Shown here: positions 61,179-64,000 of the stretch, one piece after another
How the letters are laid out: each line of letters begins with the position of its first letter
Position numbering within the stretch: the stretch's first letter is position 1
Assembly: GCA_013265495.1 (NCBI GenBank)
Contig: MU061579.1
Location: forward strand, 2,539,319 to 2,603,318
DNA from: Vicugna vicugna
Taxonomy: Eukaryota
Length of the DNA: 64,000 bases
Direction of reading: 5' to 3'
Made by a program: the position numbers and the translations under genes
The notes under the pieces: model-generated
Told to the model about the DNA's origin: nothing
The model's database searches: none
The model's input: the letters and a program-made list of their open reading frames with translations, nothing else

Positions 61179-64000
61179 GCCACATTTTTCTCACTCAAAC
61201 CAACTTCTTGCAAATTGTGGGATGAGCTTCTCCTCTAGGACTTTTGTGGATCTTACTTGGGGACAGCCTGAAGGAGGAAGGCTAATAAGAAGCACAGCTC
61301 TCTCCACTGAAGCTGGTCTCAGAATAGAAACTGGATTTTAATTCAGCCTCAGCTAACACCTTTGCTGCCCTTTAGTGGCTTATTGGATAACTTGATCATA
61401 CCATCATCCCTGAGAATTCTGACCCCTGATCACCATGCCATTTTCAGACAGTGCTACTGCCACGGTCCATTTTCCATAAAAATTCATAGAGGCAATATGA
61501 AGAAATGCGAAATGGATCACATGCATAGGAAATATACTCCTTCCTAGCCCCAATGTGCAATAGCAGCCTACTGACTCTGGACAATCAGGGTTATCTTTCT
61601 GCCAAGATGGAGACTCTTCTTGTCTTCTTGTTCCTTGATTCAGGGAGTCCTAAGAGCCATGCAGCAGTTACAGCTTACAGTTCAAAGGACTGAACTTGAT
61701 TTATACATTGGTAAAAATGCTCTCTTTTGGGAACTACAACCTCTAAACATGTAGTGACCAGAGTTGCTGGGAGAGAATGAATAGATTTTCTGAATAAATC
61801 ACCAGGAATAAATGTACATAGGATCATTCCTCTTTCCTCTACTCAGTTTCCAGACCTATGTATTTAAACTGTTGGGGTCAAAGCACTATTTAATCTTCTT
61901 TGACTCAAAGTGTATACAATGTCTTGAAGAATGGCTCTCTGTCCTGTCCTTGTAAATTATCACCACCAAGCTGGTGCTTCAGTGGTGCCTTCAACAGCCC
62001 AGTCAAAGCTCTATCAGACTGAAAGAATCTGGGTGGTGTACTATGTCATCAGCCTATGCTCATTCCTCTTTTGCTGTAGGGTAGGTTTCTTGGTTTCACA
62101 TGGTAGTATTTGAGATCCATGGTACTGGATCAAATACTCCATAAATTATACAATAATGGTACTTGCTCCAGTCCTGCAGATAAGAAAGGCACTTACAGAA
62201 TATGTTTCTATTTATGCCAAAAGAAATTGCTGGCCTTCTACAGTTAAGGAAATCTAATGTAGCTAACTTGTCACAAAGTGTCTGATTAATCTCATTAAAG
62301 GATGGAGATATATTAGAGATAGCATTGTTCTCTGTGGTGGCAGTAGTTAGGTCAGCATTATATGAGTTCATAGACTCTCCCTGCCAATACAGCAACCAAT
62401 GAACATGTTGTGTCTGTACTGGGAAGTCTGATGAAAGATGAAAACAGTGAAGTCATTCTATATAGCATGTTGTTGCTTTCTGAGGGGCATGAAAATGACA
62501 CACATAGACTTTCACACTTTTTATTCTCTTTCCTGAGTCCATTCATGTCTTTATTCCAAACTTCCATGTCTGCAATCTTCTACCTTTTGTCATCACATAC
62601 CCTTGATGAGCTGTCAAGCCATTCAAGTCTTCATATTTTCTAAACTTAGGCTACTTGTCTTTTCAAAAAAAATGGATAACCATGTTGAGTACCTGAAGCT
62701 CTGCACCACTGCTAGGATTTTTCTCTCATCAGTGCCTTTCGAGGTCATGCCTAGGTGTTTGCAGATTAGTTGTCATTGGTTTTTAGCATGTGTCCATGTG
62801 TCTCCAATACAGACTGATGAATTTGTGAAGCAAACTGCAGCTTTTTCTTTCTCATCATCACTAGGGATCCCTAACATGAACATACTCATGAGCTGAGGTG
62901 AAGGCACTCCAGCAACTGTTGCAGCATTCTGTGGCCCCTGAATTGCTTTTGTTTATTCTCAGTAGTGTCTCTTCCTCTTCTCAATGGGCTGCATCATGTC
63001 CTTACACTAATACCCCTATTACACAAACTCTGCCTGGTTGTATGTCCCAAGGTGCACAGTGGTTTGATCACATGCTGGATCTGTGGAAGGTCCTTGCTCT
63101 GATTGCTATCCAAAACTGGCAGCCTTTTTAAATCACTCATTTATATGAGACAGAGCAATATTTCAAGTTTTCCAGGGAAACACTGAAGAACAGAAGCTGA
63201 AGTGGTCTACCAGTCACCTTCCTCATGACGCTTCCTTCATTACACAGAGAGGTAATGTACCAATAATTTGTCCTTCATGTTGGAGAGGATGTCCTGGCAT
63301 GACTCAGATCACCAGACCCACAAAAATGTTATTAACATGGCAGTCTTTTGAATTTTTATCAGATTTAACTTCTTACCTCTATAGTACATTAATCTTCTCA
63401 AGCCCTGTAATGTCTTAGTCACTTGGAAGAACCACTTGTTAGTCATTTAATTTGATTTTCATGTCATGGATATAATGGAACAATATGATACTATGATGGA
63501 AGTTCAGATTGTCTGGATCTCTTTGGACATTGTTGTAACAAAAAGTAGGTAAGTTAACATAGACCTGGGACAAAACTGTAAACGTATATTGTTGTCCACT
63601 CTGTGTGAATATGAACTGTTTCTTAAAATGCTTTTCAGAGATAGGGAAGAATGTATTCAGCTATTCAGAGATGATATTCCTGTGCTGTAGACTGTATGAA
63701 TCTGCTCAATGTGAGCCCTGGTCTGCCTTGCTTGAGAATTCAGCCTTCCTGGGAGCTTTGTGTTCTTACAGTGAAGTCCTGGGAGTGGTCCTCAGCTCTG
63801 TTCTCCTACTGCAGAGAATTTTTGAATGCTCCTAGGAGGCCCTCTGGATTTCAGTTCTAGCTTTCCACTGTGGTGCTGTCAGCTTTTCCTTAGCTTTTCT
63901 TCAAAGCATCAAGCAAACTCAACCATAGCCTCCCAATACTATGATCTGTATAGTCACATTTTCTGCCATTCTCCATCAAATATCTAATACCTGGCAATCA
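61179..64000 (-). mobile_element. Decayed ERVL-class internal region (pol: integrase, then RNase H/RT toward the window end)
   Basis: Minus-strand peptides with stops/frameshifts (ADLTTATTE, *QVSYI, IETYS, YLIQYHG, HHPDSFSLIE, GLLKAPLKHQLGGDNLQG at ~61930-62360) are collinear with ERVL integrase motifs ADLATATAE, WQVDYI, IDTYS, LIHRHG, HHPEAAGLIE, GLLK..L..QLG. Confidence 0.85.

Noticed and set aside
1..64000. CRISPR array, operon or prokaryotic defence system
   Set aside because: The sequence is mammalian; there is no regularly spaced repeat-spacer array and no long ORFs.

Overview
Eukaryotic, AT-rich, repeat-dense, apparently non-coding mammalian DNA. It is almost certainly camelid, based on a tRNA-Ala-derived Vic-1-type SINE, camelid/artiodactyl-type L1 3' ends and a short Tigger1 derivative. 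I see no credible protein-coding gene, RNA gene, CRISPR array or CpG island; the ORF track is mostly antisense or degenerate repeat sequence plus chance ORFs. The window holds about 16 MaLR (MLT1) solo LTRs, several ERV1/ERVL LTRs, a decayed ERVL pol region at the right end, L1/L2/MIR fossils, two DNA-transposon remnants and microsatellites. Unique islands between these look like enhancer DNA. The most striking unexplained signal is a 70-bp block that is 100% identical at 41514-41583 and 52022-52091 (10,508 bp apart), has a diverged 3' extension and unrelated 5' flanks, and is dense in homeodomain-type motifs. Two L1 insertions show twin-priming inversion structure, one with an intact 12-bp TSD. 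Repeat families were assigned by eye from remembered consensus sequences. Boundaries are approximate (tens of bp) unless TSDs are quoted.
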